This document shows, piece by piece, positions 63,018-64,000 of a DNA stretch of 64,000 bases. Position 1 is the first letter of the stretch. Every line of letters begins with the position of its first letter. The DNA is from an uncultured cyanobacterium. Lineage in GTDB: Bacteria; Cyanobacteriota; Cyanobacteriia; Cyanobacteriales; Cyanobacteriaceae. Location of the stretch: positions 736,001 to 800,000 of the forward strand of contig CAVQBA010000006.1 in assembly GCA_963710605.1 (NCBI GenBank), given 5' to 3'. The notes beneath the pieces are model-generated. The model was not told the DNA's origin and made no database searches. It saw only the letters and a list, made by a program, of their open reading frames with translations. The position numbers and the translations under genes are program-made.

Positions 63018-63147
63018 AACCCACCCCGAAATCAATTTCAGGGCTAATAGATTACGTTCAATAAATCGAACTGGGAAATCTCAAACATTAGTTGATTTTA
63101 ATCAACGATTGCTATTAGCCTTGTCAATTCATACCCAAGGTGAGTTT
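63018..63147. repeat. Composite hairpin repeat (MITE/REPIN-like)
   Basis: Left part resembles 26941-26964 and right part resembles 17861-17894, both inverted. Confidence 0.55.
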
Positions 63148-63160
63148 ACTGTTTTAACAC

Positions 63161-64000
63161 TTATACATTGAAGGCGATAACTGCGTTTAATAAGTTGCTT
63201 TGTTTCTCGGTTTGTAAGTCTATTTTCTCATCTAATTGATCGCACAGTTTCATCATTTTATCTACTTTTTCTACTATTCTTTTTTGTTCTTCAAGTGGTG
63301 GTAGAGGAATTAAAGTATTACCAATGATATCTATATTTAAGTTTGGTTGTCCTTGTCCTCTGGATGCTATTTTCAAAAACCATACAGTTTTGTATTTTAA
63401 TAAATAATAAAAAAAAGGTTTATATAAATTTTGATTCATAAAAATAAATGCAGCAATTCCATCATTAAATGTTGTTTGAAAATTACATATTTTAGGAATT
63501 CCTAGGGTTGCACCACTATTTGTTAACATTAAAGTGTTTGCAGGTACCATTCTTGTTTTATTCAAACCAGCTTTTTTGATTGTGTAAGTGTGATTTTCTA
63601 AATAAACATCGTTATTAGATGTTAAATCTGCAACTTTTAAAAAGGGAATATCACCATTATAATAAAGTGGATCTTTCGCCGGTCTTGGTGAACCACCACG
63701 AACAATATTTGTAATAGTTCCTAATCTCACCCACTCCCAACTATGGGGAATATCGTAAGGTATCTCTTCTGGTGTAATCTCTGGTAAAGGCTTAGTTTTT
63801 TTGATCTTCTTCTCTTTAATTAATCTTTGTTTTTCTGCTTCAATTTCTTTTAATAACTCTCTGGCTGGTATGTCGTCATTGCTATCTTGTGGTACTAGTT
63901 TACCCATCACCGCTAGTTGTAAAATTATCTTGCGTAACTCCTTTACATTTTCCTTGACGCTGTAGATTGTGCCAAAATGTTGGTGCATGAATTGCCAAGC
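63161..64000 (-). CDS. hsdS: Type I R-M specificity subunit (5' part outside the window)
   Basis: ILQLAVMGKLVPQD, PHSWEWVRLG, QPNLN, PLPPLEEQKRIV. Confidence 0.93.
   Translation of the reverse strand, partial: AWQFMHQHFGTIYSVKENVKELRKIILQLAVMGKLVPQDSNDDIPARELLKEIEAEKQRLIKEKKIKKTKPLPEITPEEIPYDIPHSWEWVRLGTITNIVRGGSPRPAKDPLYYNGDIPFLKVADLTSNNDVYLENHTYTIKKAGLNKTRMVPANTLMLTNSGATLGIPKICNFQTTFNDGIAAFIFMNQNLYKPFFYYLLKYKTVWFLKIASRGQGQPNLNIDIIGNTLIPLPPLEEQKRIVEKVDKMMKLCDQLDEKIDLQTEKQSNLLNAVIAFNV

Overview
AT-rich cyanobacterial chromosome segment, identified by psbO, petM, glnB, accD, abundant CGATCG sites and heptamer tandem repeats. The relaxed HIP1 flanks suggest the Cyanobacterium/Geminocystis group (inference). 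Housekeeping genes include smpB, bamA, purC, holB, exbBD, accD, psbO, a zam-like RNase R, menD, cysH, selO, glnB and nth. Accessory loci sit between them: an RNB nuclease with three dsRBD-like domains, two HTH-STAND NTPase genes each facing a phased direct-repeat array, a decayed RTX island, a partly duplicated regulator/methyltransferase/DevC/desaturase locus, a Fic gene, a TnpB-only IS200/IS605 element, toxin-antitoxin relics and a type I R-M locus. Three observations stand out. (1) A family of ~50-nt hairpin elements with compensatory base changes inserts into REPs, tandem repeats and itself. (2) The HTH-STAND plus phased-array layout recurs at two unrelated loci. (3) The RNB-dsRBD fusion is an unusual architecture. 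No CRISPR array, rRNA or tRNA was seen. Two single-base frameshifts, one in essential holB, suggest assembly indels. All calls are by eye, with no database searches.
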